A stretch of 64,000 nucleotides of DNA, taken from the human T2T-CHM13v2.0 reference genome, Homo sapiens. Below are positions 44,508-58,509 of the stretch, piece by piece. The first letter of the stretch is position 1; each line of letters begins with the position of its first letter. Made by a program: the position numbers and the translations under genes. The stretch lies in NCBI RefSeq assembly GCF_009914755.1, contig NC_060936.1; one strand, written 5' to 3'. The notes beneath the pieces were generated by a model. That model worked only from the letters and a program-made list of their open reading frames with translations, had not been told where the DNA came from and made no database searches.

Positions 44508-44583
44508 TGAATTTCCCCAGAAATTAAGGTAAGGGTCCCCCAAGTTCATCATGGGATGGCGGCATTTCTGTGTTTTTAGTATC
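44508..44583 (-). other. Candidate 76-nt cassette or alternative terminal exon
   Basis: ttgtgtcttgttag|GATACT...AATTCA|gtaaga; AATAAA(-) at 44242-44247. Confidence 0.35.
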
Positions 44584-46064
44584 CTAACAAGACACAAGTT
44601 TCCTTAATCATATGTTGCACATATAAAACCTTTCCTGATCTACATGAGTTTTCTTTTTTGTGGATATTTAAAATGTTATGGAATTACTCATAAAATTGTA
44701 AATATAAGATATAGCTACCTCTTGAATTTGGACTACTGCATTATTTCTTAGAAAGGAGAAGAACAATATATAATTTTTACTTTCTTGGGCATTTTCCATT
44801 AGTAATGTAACAACAATTTTAATTATAAAATACTGAAACCTCCATCACGTATCATAATTTTCAATTTAACCTTACAACAAAGCATGTACCCACTTCAGAG
44901 ATTTGGGGTAAGGATTATATTGAATAAGTCATGCTAAACACATACAGGAAGACCTAATATATAGTAAATATTCAAATAAATTGTCATCATTGTTGTTTTA
45001 TAAAAGGAATGATCAATGTCTTTAAAGACTCAATTTGCCTTGGGGCATCCACAATTTGAATAATACTACACAACATAAAGGTGTCTGTGCATGCTTTTGA
45101 TTTATATGTATATGCAAAATGTATTTATCAATGTATTCAACAATTTTATACTAAGAACCTCCTATATGTGTATGACAACACAAAGATGAAGGACATAATG
45201 CCTCAGCGGAGAAGCTTAGTGTAGCAGGTAAGTATAATAACACTGTTGCATTTAATAGGTAAGTGTGAAATAATACATTATGTGCCACAATAGAACTATG
45301 CACAGGGTATAGTAAGTGCCAAAATATTGCTGCCTTTTCTAGTCCGGGAGGGGCAAGGATTACCAGAGAAGACAGTGAATTAAGACTTTTATGCTTCTTA
45401 GAAACATTCTCACGATAAGGCAGGATCTTCCTCTAAGTATGTTTATCTATTGTCATTATGGCATTATGTTGGCAGAGTCTTTGGGTATGCAACCTTAAAG
45501 AATGTTTCCATCTCCACATGATACTCCTAAATATTAGATTCAAAATGTTAAGTCGTATTTTATCCTATTGAGTTAAAAAATTCCTGGCTATCTCCAAATA
45601 TAAATTAGTGTTTGTCTTTGAGAATGTCACTGTCTTCATAAGGATTTCTACAATGCATATTCCATATCGAACTGAACCTAAAATGCATCCCTGATTGGCC
45701 TTGTCAGCCAGAAGGCTATTCTATTATCCATCATAGTGCCTGACATGTAGCAAGCACTCAAGAATACATATTTGTTAAAGCAACAAATGAGTGAATGAAG
45801 GAATTAACTCTCAGTCCCTTACCATCTTAGAAGAGCCTTGGACAAAAGCAAAATACTCAGCATTACAATAAATGTAGCATGTTCTAACTGTTTTTAAAAT
45901 ATTTCTTTTGGATCTGAGGTGAACATTCAGAAGTCTGGATATGCTTCTGAAACAAAGAGTGGGTTCCAAAAAAATCTGAGCAGGGTTTGCAAACAACTAA
46001 GATCAGTCAAATCTCCCACTAGGAGGTTATGGCCATGCATAGCCTCAAAATATCCAGCAAAAGC

Positions 46065-46310
46065 ATAGTAAGTAAGTAAGATAGTGGACTCTGGACTCCA
46101 CTGCTTGGGTTCAGATCAAGTCTCCACCCCTGACTAGCCATGTGACCTCTGGTAAGTTACTTCACCTCCCAGTGCTTTAGGTTATTCATTTATAAAATAA
46201 GAACACAATAATGCTTCCCTCATAGGATTGTTTCAAGGACCAAAGGGATTAAATATTTGAAGTAACTTTAAATAGCATCTGTACGTATTAGGTACTCTAT
46301 TGGTGTTTAA
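46065..46310 (+). mobile_element. MIR
   Basis: tggactctggactc...ctgcttgggttcagatc...tgtgacctctggtaagttacttcacctc. Confidence 0.78.
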
Positions 46311-46332
46311 TAAATCAGTAGTCACTTAAAAG

Positions 46333-46546
46333 ACCTCCCAGGCTCAAGAAACCCTCCCACTCAGCCTCCCGAGTAGCTGGGACTACAGGTGTGTGCCACT
46401 ACGCCCAGCTAATTTTTAAATTTTTTTGTAGAGGTGGGGGTCTTACTATGTTGCCCAGGCTGGTCTCAGACACCTGGGCTCAAGCAGTCCTCTTGCCTCA
46501 GCCTCCCAAACTGCTGGGATTACAAGTGTGAGCCATCTTGCCGGCC
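46333..46546 (-). mobile_element. AluJ-like, 3'-truncated
   Basis: cctcccaggctcaag...ctgggattacaagtgtgagcc. Confidence 0.9.
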
Positions 46547-47620
46547 AGAAGACAACCTTCTTAAAGACAGGGCCAATGAGAAACTGCTATGTACTTCCGT
46601 TGAATTGTCATGGAGTTCCTTCCCATGGCTATTTGTAAATTTCAATGTGTAGCCCACCATTATGCAGAAACCAGTATGTATGGTGGCAGCTACACAGGTG
46701 TGTTTCTTTATAAAATTATCCCTCTGTACAGGGGAATCCTTTACACATTTCAGTGTAGGATTCCCTCCTTGAACAATTCAAACATGTTGTTTCTATGGCC
46801 AGGGAGCTGCATGGTTCTCCTCTGTCTCACATGTTTTGGTTTATTCCATAGCTCTTATGTGTCTCCTGTCACTCTGGCTGTTTTTGGTTTTGTTGTCTGT
46901 ATTCAACGGAGGCTTGTGGTCATGTCTATCCCAAGCGTCTGTGTTGCCAGTTGCGCGGTTTGCCCCCTCTGTCTCTCATCATTGCTTTTGGCTCAGTCCC
47001 TTGACAGGAAATGAGAGATTTATTTTATCTGGCTTGAACTACATTGTTCCTTCCTGACTACTGGTGTTACTTCACTCTAAATAACGTGACTTTGTGCTCA
47101 CAGTCTGCCCAAGGTCAAAGCCTGAGGGTAATAGACACATTTAAGAGAGGGGAGGAGACTATAACCACAGTGGGGTGGGCAAGAAGAGAATTTCTAAAAG
47201 GTAGTGATGTAAAAGCGAAACTTGGGGCGGGTCTAAATTTTCTGGTGAACTCGAAATGGAATCTGTTCTGAAGAGCTGAAAGGAGAGCCTTTTTTTTCCC
47301 TTTCCAGATGTTATAAATTTAAAATGACACTGCGAAGTAATTTAGGCTTGAAATTTAAATTTAGCTTTAAAAAGAAAGCATGAGTTATCTGGCAGAAGAA
47401 TTTACAAAGCTTATTAATATCTGTGATATCCTAATTGTATGATATTAAATTGACATCATTATCAGAATTCAAATATTCCTCTTTGGTTTGACATAAAAAT
47501 ATAAGAGAATTATAAGAGTGCATAAATCAGTAAAGACAACTTAATTATGAAAAAGTAAAACAAAAGACATGCTACCTAGCCTCAGAACTTGTAGCTATAG
47601 AAAAGGTTTTAAAATGTGTC

Positions 47621-47935
47621 TTTTTTTTTTTTTTTTTTGAGACAGAGTCTTGCTCTTGCTTTTGTTGCCCAGGCTGGAGTGCAATGGTGCGATCTCGGCT
47701 CACTGCAACCGCTGCCTCCTGAGTTCAAGCCATTCTCTTACCTCAGCCTCCTGAGTAGCTGGGATTACAGTCGCCCGCCACCATGCCCGGCTAACTTTTT
47801 TGTATTTTTTTTTTTAATAGAGATAGGGTATCACCATGTTGGCAAGGCTGGTCTCAAACTCCTGACCTCACGTGATCCACCTGCCTCAGCCTCCCAAAGT
47901 GCTGGGATCACAGGCGTGAGCCACCGCTCCCGGCC
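47621..47935 (-). mobile_element. AluS-like
   Basis: T-run followed by full antisense Alu ending cccggcc. Confidence 0.95.
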
Positions 47936-49039
47936 CTGAATTTTTAAATATAAACAAAAATACAACATCTCCAACCTATTCAAAATATTTCCTTTCCTTC
48001 TTATTTTTCCCCCTTTGGAGGTACGAATAACACTTTCTTGGTTTTTCAGATACCTCTAGAATTTCAAAGAGACAGTAGGGTGACAATCAAAAGACATGGT
48101 GAAAGAAAACATTTCAGTGTCACTGATCACACCATTTATGCTGGGCTGACCTTTTCTGGAATAGTTTTAAGAATTGAGAGGCAGGGAGAAAACTGGCTAA
48201 TCTAGAAATATATTTTCCTGTTCTTTTAACAGATAGTCATGTTATTTAATAATACTTCTGCCTCAGAAAAATAGATTTAATGGAAATGGACTTTAAATGA
48301 AGCAAAAAGGATTGAGGTTACACACAATTTTGCACACAGAAAATTATTTCATATGGACACTCCATTCTTGGGGAACATGATGAAATGATGAAATTCCCTT
48401 TACTAATGATCTTTCAACACTCATTCTGTGTACTGTAAGCACAGTTTATGCTGAAGTCAGAAGGAAATTCCTAATGATATCTTAAAGACTGTAGGCGTTT
48501 ATGACTTACGACATCTCCTTTATGAAGCCCTACGCAACTTTATGGCACTAGTGGGCATTACCACATGGGATCAGCCAGGACCTAGTGTCTGCAAATCATA
48601 AATGGTTTATTTCTTTATGCAAATACCTCGGCTTTACACATTCTCTAACTAGAAATTATTCAACAAGATCATACTGCCTTTACCTGTCAATTTCTTATGA
48701 GGTGGTCTGCATGGGGAATGAACCCTCAAACCCTAAAATTTGGTTGACACAATTGCATAACAATTCCAAGAAAGTCTCACTTTTTAACATTAATTTACTA
48801 AAAGTCACAGCAAACAGTGTTTTGTAAACATTGTTTTAAATGTTTTCTGGTTGTTAAATTCTAAATAAATTCTTGAAGAGTAAACGTTAACAAGTGATCC
48901 TTTTCTTCAGTTAGGAGCTTCTAAATCAGCCAAGAAGTTTCTCAGGTGAATACCTAAATCATCCCAAGAATCTTCTCCTTGTCAGTCCCTACACCTGAAG
49001 TACTCAGGAGTAAAAAGTTAAGAAACAAAGGAAAATAAC

Positions 49040-49270
49040 ATTCATTAGAAAGTTACTATATGATCAGCACTGCATGAACAGCTTTCTGATACATCATCAC
49101 ATTCCGTGCACACAAACTCCAGGCAAAATCAGTGTTATTACCCTCATTTTATAGATGGCAGAATGAAATTTCAGAGATATTAAGTAACAGGCCCAAGATC
49201 ATGAAGTTCATACGTGGTGAAGTTGGGATTCAAATTTAGATGTATTATAAAACTCATGCCTATTTACTAT
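49040..49270 (-). mobile_element. MIR
   Basis: ttattaccctcattttatagatggcagaatgaaatttcagagatattaagtaacaggcccaagatca. Confidence 0.7.
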
Positions 49271-49379
49271 TCTGGAGTAGGAATTAAAATGATGAATTTC
49301 AGAATTCCGCATGTCTCAAGTCCAACTGTGTTCCTTATCTGTACAAAATAAAGAGTTATAAACAGGAGCAGTTCCTGTG

Positions 49380-50010
49380 TTCTTCAAAATATTAAACATA
49401 GAGCTACTAAATGACCCAGTAATTCCATTCCTAGGCATATACCCAAGAAAAATGTAAATATATGTCGACACAAAAACTTGTACATAAATGTTCATAACCA
49501 CATTATTTATAATGTGAATTCATACTCATTGGTTCCAAAAGGTGGAAGCAACCCAGATATCCATCAACTGATAAATGGATAAATAAAATGTGGTATATCC
49601 ATTCAATGGAATATTATTTGGCAAGAAAAATACCTGAACTATTAACATATACCACAGGACGAACGAAGCTTGAAAACATTACGCTAAGTGAAAGAAATCA
49701 GTCACAAAATATCACATACAATATGATTCCACTTATTTGAAATATCCCAAATAGACAAGTTTATAAAGACAGAAAGTAGATTAGTGATTGCCTATGGCTG
49801 TTAGTGTTTCTAGGAAAAATAAGGAGTGACTGTTAATAAGCATGGGATTTCTTTTTGTGGTGATGAAAATGTTTTAGCTTTGATTGTGGTGATGTTTGCA
49901 CCACTCCATGAATAATACTAAAAAAACCCACTGAATTCTTCAGTTTATATTTTGTACAACTACATCTCAATGTAAATGATGTCCTAATAAAGTTATTGCC
50001 AAAAAAAAAT
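49380..50010 (+). mobile_element. Old L1M 3' end
   Basis: aacatagagctactaaatgacccagtaattccattcctagg...gattgtggtgatgtttgcacc...tacatctcaat. Confidence 0.87.
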
Positions 50011-50264
50011 GCAGTTACATAAAATCTTAGCATACACGTCCTGAGGAACAAATAGGTAGCACATTCCCTGTGGAGATGAGAAACAACTGAACAAATCTAG
50101 CTATAGCAGCAGGGAAAGGAAGTTGGTTTTCTTCTATCATTTTCCCTCAGCATCAGTAAAGCTTTAGTGTGTTAGGTCAAGGTAGACTTCTAATAACTGA
50201 AAGGGTTGAAAAGATATCACTCCTTGGCCAAATACGCCTTGAGACCAAGGCGTGATGAAAAAGT

Positions 50265-51007
50265 GAAAACCACAAACTGGCAGTTTATTTACCCACGCTA
50301 AACCACTTGTTTGACATTTCCTATCTAAACTGACCAGTGATTTGAGAGTTGTGTAGACAGCCACAAAGAACAACTGAAACAGTGAGAAAGCATTATTTTA
50401 AAACAATTAAGAGAATTCCCTGCACATTCAGTTCTTCAATATTCCAACGAACATGGCAAATTTGTCAATATGATTTTTAGTCCTGCAGCTAATCATTAGA
50501 TGACAGAAAAACATCATGTTGTGGCAAAGAATCAGTAGGTAATAATCAGATATCTCATAATGTTGATATTTTCCAATCCTTCATAGTTTTTTTTTTTTTT
50601 TTTTTTTTTTTGGAGGTAGGGGGAGAATCCCAGAAATACCAGAGCACAGAATAGCAGATTTATGAAGGACCAGTTCTCTGGAGATAATGTCACATTTATC
50701 CCAATAATCTTTAGATGTTTATACCTTAAAAGTTACTCAGCTGAAGTTGCTTTCAAATTAAACACCATTGCTGCAGTGTTTCTGTTGTGATTGTCGGAGG
50801 GAAGTGGAGCCAGTGCAATTTGTCCATGTTTTACAAATCACCATCTGGCAGGGATATGGCAACATGTGAAATCTTCACAGGACTCTTGTTTTTCTACTAT
50901 CTGCTGGATAACTAAGGAGATCACCAGACTGCTGGGACGCCTGCCAGATAGTAAGCAGGTATGTTTATGAGTTTAAGATTCTTATTTTCTTTCAATGCTT
51001 TCACATG
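50265..51007 (-). other. Candidate alternative terminal exon
   Basis: Very strong acceptor (~55-nt pyrimidine tract including U24, ...gcgcccacag|CATGTG); stops in all frames (xM*, xCESIERK*, HVKALKENKNLKLINIPAYYLAGVPAVW*); AATAAA(-) at 50284-50289 with GU/U-rich downstream element. Confidence 0.55.
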
Positions 51008-52009
51008 CTGTGGGCGCAGAGGCAAAAAAAAAAAAAAAAAAAAAAAAGTGAAAGGGAAAAGAAAAGGGGAGTGGATAAGTGACTGTATATGATCATTACA
51101 AATGTCTTTGAGGTTTCTTAAAATGTGGATTTTATAAGGTCCAGATTAAATTATTTTCTCTCAAGGTAGAAAAATCACCAGTCATATGGTTTCAAGATTT
51201 TTAAAAAATGCTAGGTTTTTCATTTTTTTGTACACATAAACAGGTGTATAATTTCTTCAATCCTGTTGACTAGACATACATTACTCAGAGGATCATAAGC
51301 TTCGTCAGCAAACACGGTGAGTGTATACCTGTTCATGGTGACTGGGCTAGCCATTTCAGTGAAATAAATGTGAGGGTCTGTTTATATTTTACTTTGATTA
51401 CTTAAAAAAACTACGATAGGCAAAGAATACTTAGAGTAATAACAAAACCTCTGTAACAACAAAAGATCCACAAAATTGAATCTGAGAAGTAGTAATAAGT
51501 AGATTATTTTCTATGAAAAGGTCATCCTTTTAAACAATTTTGACAGAAAATAGGTAACTATCCCAAAAGAGGTAATGTCTAGTATACAGAGAGGTACGGT
51601 TCTTTAAAGTTATGTATGCATGCCTGCTCAGCAACATACCAGAAATTCACTGAGCTTCAGTAAGCTCATCTATATGGTGACAACAGTGCTACCTTTTATG
51701 ATTGTTATGAGGTAAGAAATATAAGAAATATAAACTGTCTAGCAAGTATATAGTTGTTCAATAAATGAAGCCATTCTTCTTCTTCTTATTATTATTATTA
51801 TTTGGAGAGGTCTCCTTCTAGGCTAAATCCCTAGATGTAAAATTTACTCATGTGAATATTCAAATATACATCTAATCTTTCTACCAGAATAATTTTTCTC
51901 CTTAATTACATGATCCTCTCTCTTTTTTTGTCATAAATTCCATCTCATCCACTAGGTATTCTCCATAGCCAAAAACATACTAATTTTCTCCACCCAAACT
52001 ATAATGTTC

Positions 52010-52680
52010 TTTAGGATAAGTTACCAAACTTGACAGAGAGATGGAAAGCCTGAAGAGGCCAATGAGCATAGAAGACATTGAAAAGATTATTAAAGATTCA
52101 CCCTCAACCAAATTCAAGGCACAGGTTGATTTTTTCTTTGACCCAGGTAGTTTTATATTAGGTACTAATAAAACTGACTAGAAAAGAATGTTTTTTTTCT
52201 TGTTGAAACAGTTCCAAAATTTTACAATGATGGGAAGACTCAAATTTTTAATAAGACTAACATAATTCTGTTACCAAGAAACAATCGAGATAGTCTAGTA
52301 CACACACATAAACATAAGCACACACCCATACATGCAAACGTTATATATCAAGTGCACTTAAAAATAAGGAAAGAAAATCATAGCAAGTCAAATATTAGCA
52401 AATAGACCTCAGAAGTAAAAATTAAAGAATAATACACCATAATCATATGGAATTCATTCCAAGAACGAAGAGCTAGTTCAATATAAAGATATCTGTTTAA
52501 GTAATTTTTTACATTTAAGATTGTAGACTAACAGAAAAAATCCACAAGAAAATTGTTAAAAGTCTTTGAAAAAAGTGCCAAGTGTTCCAGGTTTGTTTAG
52601 TATAAGTTAGGAGGAGAAGAAAACTGCCTTCTAAGGGAGATTATTTGTCATAATAGCAGTCAAAACACGTAGTTAGTAGT
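52010..52680 (+). mobile_element. Highly decayed L1 ORF2 fragment
   Basis: aaatattagcaaatagac...aataatacaccataatcatatggaattcattccaagaa resembles L1 RT region. Confidence 0.6.
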
Positions 52681-54127
52681 AAAATAGCCAAATTCTCTTT
52701 TGTTAATCCAACTTCCCGTATTTCTAGCTTCATTCTCCCTTTTACCAACAACCACATTACTTGCAAACTAGGACATGTTTACTGTCTCTTCTTAGTAATC
52801 TGTTATACACTGTTCAACTCATTGCAAATTGCTTCAGCTCCTACCTTTTTACAGAAGCTCTTTTCTCAAAGATTATCAATATCCATTTAATTTCCAAGTC
52901 CAGTGGCCTGTTCTCCGGCCTCACCTTATTTAACCTCTCCTTAGCATTTAAAACTGTCACATACAATCCTCTTAGCTCTTCTCTCTAGGCTATCTTCAAT
53001 AGAGCCTTACTTGACGTTCCTTCCGCATCTTTGCTTGGCCATTTTCAGTCCCTTTACTGGCTCTTCTTCATTTACCTGCTCCTTAAACACAGGAGATCCC
53101 AGAAATCTACCATTTGGCCCCTTGTTTCATGCCCTACCCAGAGAATAGGAATCAAACTTAAACAGGAATGAGAGAATCAAGACACTATTAATGAAACAGA
53201 GTAAATGAAATACTGCATTAAATGCAAAATTTTCACCTGACTTCTAACTTCTCAGGTCACAGAATAAGTGAAATAAATTTTTAAGAAATATTGCAACATG
53301 AATGAGCTCTGCCTATATTACCTTTAAAATATTTAATACTCTCTTGTTAATTTTAATAATAGTTTTTAATATTAAACTTAGTGAATGTCTTTCTTGCTAT
53401 TGCTGTTACTCAATATTCTTAAATATGTTATTGACATTGATAGTTAAATTACCAATTTAAACTCAAAATATGAGTTTTCTAATTTTGCATTACTTGATTT
53501 TTAACCCTTTCACAACCTAATTAATTTGAAAGCAGTTAGTGTTGTCAGAATTATTAGGATTTATCTGTACATAATGTACCTGAATTGAGTGTAATAGAAT
53601 TCAGCACTCATTTATTGAATTCCAGTGACATGTGAAATGTTTTTTATGGTCATCTTTTAATACATAAACTTCAACCAGATGCTACATAAATGAAACTGGC
53701 TAACTGGCTTCAAGTAACAATTTTAAGGAAGTGCTGATGTTTTAATGATTTTAACCCTGAAATCCCATTCTTTCACTAATTTGTAACCAATAATACATTC
53801 AAACAAAAATCTGAGAAAGAGAATTACAGAGTTGTTTTCAAATTCCTTATTACAAGTTCAGCCATCAATCTCCCAATAAAATCTCCTCAGTCAACTTAGA
53901 TCATCTTTCCCCATTGTCCCATCTTATAACTATTGTTAGATCATTTTCTGCTGCTATGTTCTCCTTGTCTGCCTTTGTAAAACTTAGAGATGACTTTTCC
54001 ACATTATTTGCAAATAAAAACTTTTTCCACCCTTTGCTTCTTTTTTTCTTTACTTTGATATGTGGTATCCTGTAATGTTACACCCTTCCAGTAACTTTTG
54101 AAGCCAATGCTACTGCACGCCCCCCCC

Positions 54128-54370
54128 TTTTTTTTTTTTTGAGATGGAGTCTCACTCTGTTGCCCAGGCTGGATTCTCCTGCCTCAGCCTCCCGAGTAGC
54201 TGGGATTACAGGGGCCCACCACCACACTTGGCCAATTTTTTTATACTCTTAGTAGAGACGGGGTTTCACCATGTTGGCCAGCCTGGTCTCGAACTCCCGA
54301 CCTCAGGTGATCTGCCCGCCTCGGGCTCCCAAAGTGCTGTGATTATAGGCATGAGCTACCGCGCCTGGCC
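54128..54370 (-). mobile_element. AluS-like with ~55-bp internal deletion
   Basis: cccaggctgGA joined to ttctcctgcc, skipping the consensus segment gtgcagtgg...ttcaagc. Confidence 0.93.
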
Positions 54371-54724
54371 CCGTACTCTCTCTTATATCATACACATATC
54401 TCTCTTAAAGAAAATGTAAAATTCAAAAACTCAAACCTAGACAACATAAAATGGGCACTGTTTACTCTATAAAGAAGAGATCCTTAACTTTGCCCAAAAA
54501 AATTTCCTACCAAATCCCTATAAATAGTGATTTTATCTACTGCATGAAAAGAGTAAGTGAATTAAATAACATACATTTATACTCAATTTTCCCAAAGTCA
54601 TTTCATTGTTTGCAAAGTGGGCTGCAACTTACTCTCTTCAAATTGCTGCACCTCATGTCTTTCTCTTTATTGACTTGACATTGAGTTTCCTTAAAGAATT
54701 TCCATAAATTCTATATTTCATATT

Positions 54725-54975
54725 TAATAGCTTTCATTGAGTGTTATTAGATGGCAAACTTTGTACTAGGTACTTTATGTATCTTATCTCCAATCTTTAT
54801 AGCAACCTAACATAGCAGGTATGATTACTGCTTTTGTAAGAATAAGGAAACTGATATGCAGGGAGGATAAGTGACTTGCGCAAAGCCTTAGAGCAGTGAA
54901 GTAATGAAACAGAGATTCTCCCCCAAGCTCTATGGCTCTGAGGCCTGTGTTCTTTCCATGGCACTACAAAATCAC
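54725..54975 (-). mobile_element. MIR
   Basis: aataaggaaactgatatgcagggaggataagtgacttgcgcaaag. Confidence 0.7.
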
Positions 54976-56669
54976 TGTCATTGTGCGTCAAGAAAAATCG
55001 AAAGATGCAACTCTTTACTGTATTTGAAAACAAGACCTTAAAGAACACAGACTTCTTGACTCCAGCTAGGGAATTTGTTCTTCTAGAGCAGCGGATATCA
55101 AACTTCTTTAAAGCTGTCAAAATATTTCTTCCATAGAAATCTTAACGAGGACACAATATATAAGAGCGATTAAAGTAAAAGAGTTATGTCCCTTCTCCTC
55201 CCTCCCCTTCACTAACTGGCCCCAGGGTTACTGCCAAAGAACCTACATCTTCCTCAGAGAACAGTTTGAAAACAATTGTGCTGGACTATTTTCTACTTAT
55301 CACTAAAGATCTAGCTACTAAAAATCATAATCTTACCATAGATAGAGTCTCAACACGCCCACTTGGGAGTTCCTTGGGCACTACACATGGGCATGGCTTT
55401 CTTCTTTGTTTAGAATGCTACCCAGGACATGGGTCACACACACAACAAATGGTCAATGATGGTAACAACAATAATTTTTAAAATAATGAATAGATAAATC
55501 TCCCTGACACAGGCATGGTTTCCTTTTCCTGTGCCAATTGCTCTGTCTGTGCCAACTCTAACACACACCCCTTCCAGGAATGGCACCCAGCCATCCTGGC
55601 AACCAGAATTAGAGCAAAGAAAATATGAAATTTCTCTTCAAAACATAAGTGGAAAGATGAATGCAAAGCCAAGCAAAAAGTACCCAGATTCAACATGCAC
55701 ATTATTAAATGTCACTTCGTCTTAAGACGTTCTATGAAAGTCAAGTGAACACGGGCATGTATAAATTGGGGGAGAAGAGGTATAACCTTGTTTAAAAGTA
55801 TCAGCAAATAATGTAAATCTAGAATAAAACAGAAGTCACCAGTTACAACTGTTATTTGTGGGGAGTGAGGCGCGTGGAAACTGAGCAAATGAGGAATGGG
55901 AATGGGGGAGAGATTTTTTCCTGTACACATTTTTTATACTTTTGAAATTCTGAACCTTGTGAGTCTATTCAAAAAAGCAACTTAACCAAAATTTTCAAAA
56001 AAAATGAGGATAAAAAGATAGCTTTTATTTTCAATAAAATGGTTCTGGACATCTTAACATAAAAATGTACTCTTTTAGTTTGGGAAAAAAGCCATCAGCA
56101 GGAGAACGTTTCATCCCAAGGATCATTTAGACTTAGGCCAAGCAGGCCCATCAGTCAGGAATGCTGCTGCTTCTACTTCCAAAAACTCCTTCAAGGAAGA
56201 GGGACCTACTGATTCATGCCAGTGACTCATGCCCTGATTATCAAAGAGGGATACAATATGGCAGGGGTCCCTCACAGTCCTTATAACTGATAGAAGTCTG
56301 TAATAATAAGCTACAGGTCAACAGTCTATAGGACATGGCAAAAAAGAAGTCAATGTCATACCTCAAATTAAAAATCAGAAAGGAAAGTTCACAGCTCCCT
56401 CTTTGTCACAACGAAGTTTCAAACATCAATCTCTGCCACCCTGAGTGGTATAGACCCTCTTTTCTGCATCGTGTTTTCCCCCTATGAACCAGGAACAACA
56501 TGTTGGTTGACCAATAGGTCTTGCTCTGTACATTTAAACACCAAAAGGGTTCTTAGAATCATCAAAGACTGATAAAAATGAAAAGACATAAGATTCTTTC
56601 AAAATAAATGGGTGATTCAGCCAAATCATTATTTCCCTTCATCTTGTCTAACAATTAGTTGCAAAGAAT

Positions 56670-56742
56670 ATTTTAAACAATGAAAAGAAAAAAAAGTACA
56701 ATGACATTTTAAACAATGAAAAGAAAAACTAGTACAATGACA
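56670..56742. repeat. Tandem duplication, 36-bp period
   Basis: attttaaacaatgaaaagaaaaa..agtacaatgac twice. Confidence 0.92.
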
Positions 56743-57214
56743 CCTAGGAGTTACCATGGTTTATTTAACAGAGTGAAAGGTAAAACCATCTTAGTAAATG
56801 TCATGTTCCTGTTAGTGTTCAAAGGTGGCTGACCCTCCATGAAGCCTACATTACTTATCAATTAACAAACAGCTCAGACTGGCCTCTGGGAAATAGAGCC
56901 CACAGCACTGTGACTTGGGAAAAGGGGATAGCATTGAACACTCTCAATCTTTAACCATGTCTAGGGTCACATGTGCCACACCTTTTTTAAACATCGTTGT
57001 GCCATGACCTCCTTTACCTAGGAGGGTTAAACACTGAATTCAAGTACTAGTGTATGAGCCATCACCAAAACTATTTGTCATTAAAAAAATACACACCAGT
57101 TAGGTGCCTAATTGTGCATACTGTTGAAAGAAGTGCTTTTAAATGATCAGTGACTTGTTCCCCACCTTTGAAAAGTCCAAGACCGAGAGACCCACCATGT
57201 AGATCCACACTTAC

Positions 57215-57269
57215 ACAACACACAGGAAGCCAAAGAGATGAATGATGTTTTGACATGAAATGCTAACTC
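57215..57269 (-). other. Candidate 55-nt exon
   Basis: tttatatccatcag|GAGTTAG...TGTTGT|gtaagt. Confidence 0.35.
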
Positions 57270-57633
57270 CTGATGGATATAAACCCATCACAAAATAATT
57301 TCAACTCTATTTAATCCTGTAGTTGAAATTTGAGGTTACTTGAAGTTTTTAAAAAGTCAGACTATAGTTTTCAAACATATTAATGCTTAAAATTACAAAA
57401 TTAATATTGGATTTTTAAAAGACAGATGGATATCCATGGTTGCTCTATTTCTCCATCATGCCACCTCCTTAATCTTTCCAAAGTAATATTCAGAAACTTC
57501 GATTCAATTCAATCCCATGGCTTTGGGGAGGTGAGGTGCGTATTAAAATGACTCATCATTCTGTTGCTTGCACAAACTTCTATGGGCCTCTTATACTTTA
57601 CAGAAGGGGGTCAGATATTATATCAAAAATTCA

Positions 57634-57992
<359 letters not shown>

Positions 57993-58509
57993 TCATGTTA
58001 CAAATCTTCTATAGTTAGATAACTTAAGGCCTTATTCAGAGGGAGATGTACTCCAAAAAGAGGTGCATTTTAATCTGCGTATCCTAGTTTCAAATAGATA
58101 AAAGAAGGAAAAAACCTAGCTACATGGACATGAGGATGGTCTGAAGACAAAGAAAATTAAGGGAGAGAAGACACAAAGACTCATATAAAGAAGGAATTGA
58201 TAAAAAACCTATACTCAAAGCAAATGTAAACTAAAACTATTAAGAAAAAAGAAGGAGCAAAATAATTTTAAGGGTAATTACATTGTGAACAACATAACTG
58301 AAGCACAGCAAACATTGTTTTGGATTTATATTTTTCCTATGAAGAAACTCAGGCATTTCTCCCCCTCTTTACATGCTAGCAAGTTAATATTATCAACACT
58401 TTTGTGTTATATAAAAATTTTAAACTATTTTAAATGAAAGGTGCATGACTTAGTCTTTTTAAGATTTCTACATGATGTAATCGTTTTGTTTTAAATTTCA
58501 TCGCAAATG

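Noticed and set aside
44508-44530. FWGN peptide reminiscent of a PTGER3 splice tail
   Set aside because: Context differs (YLNFWGNS, no stop) and the other exons do not match; gene symbol left blank
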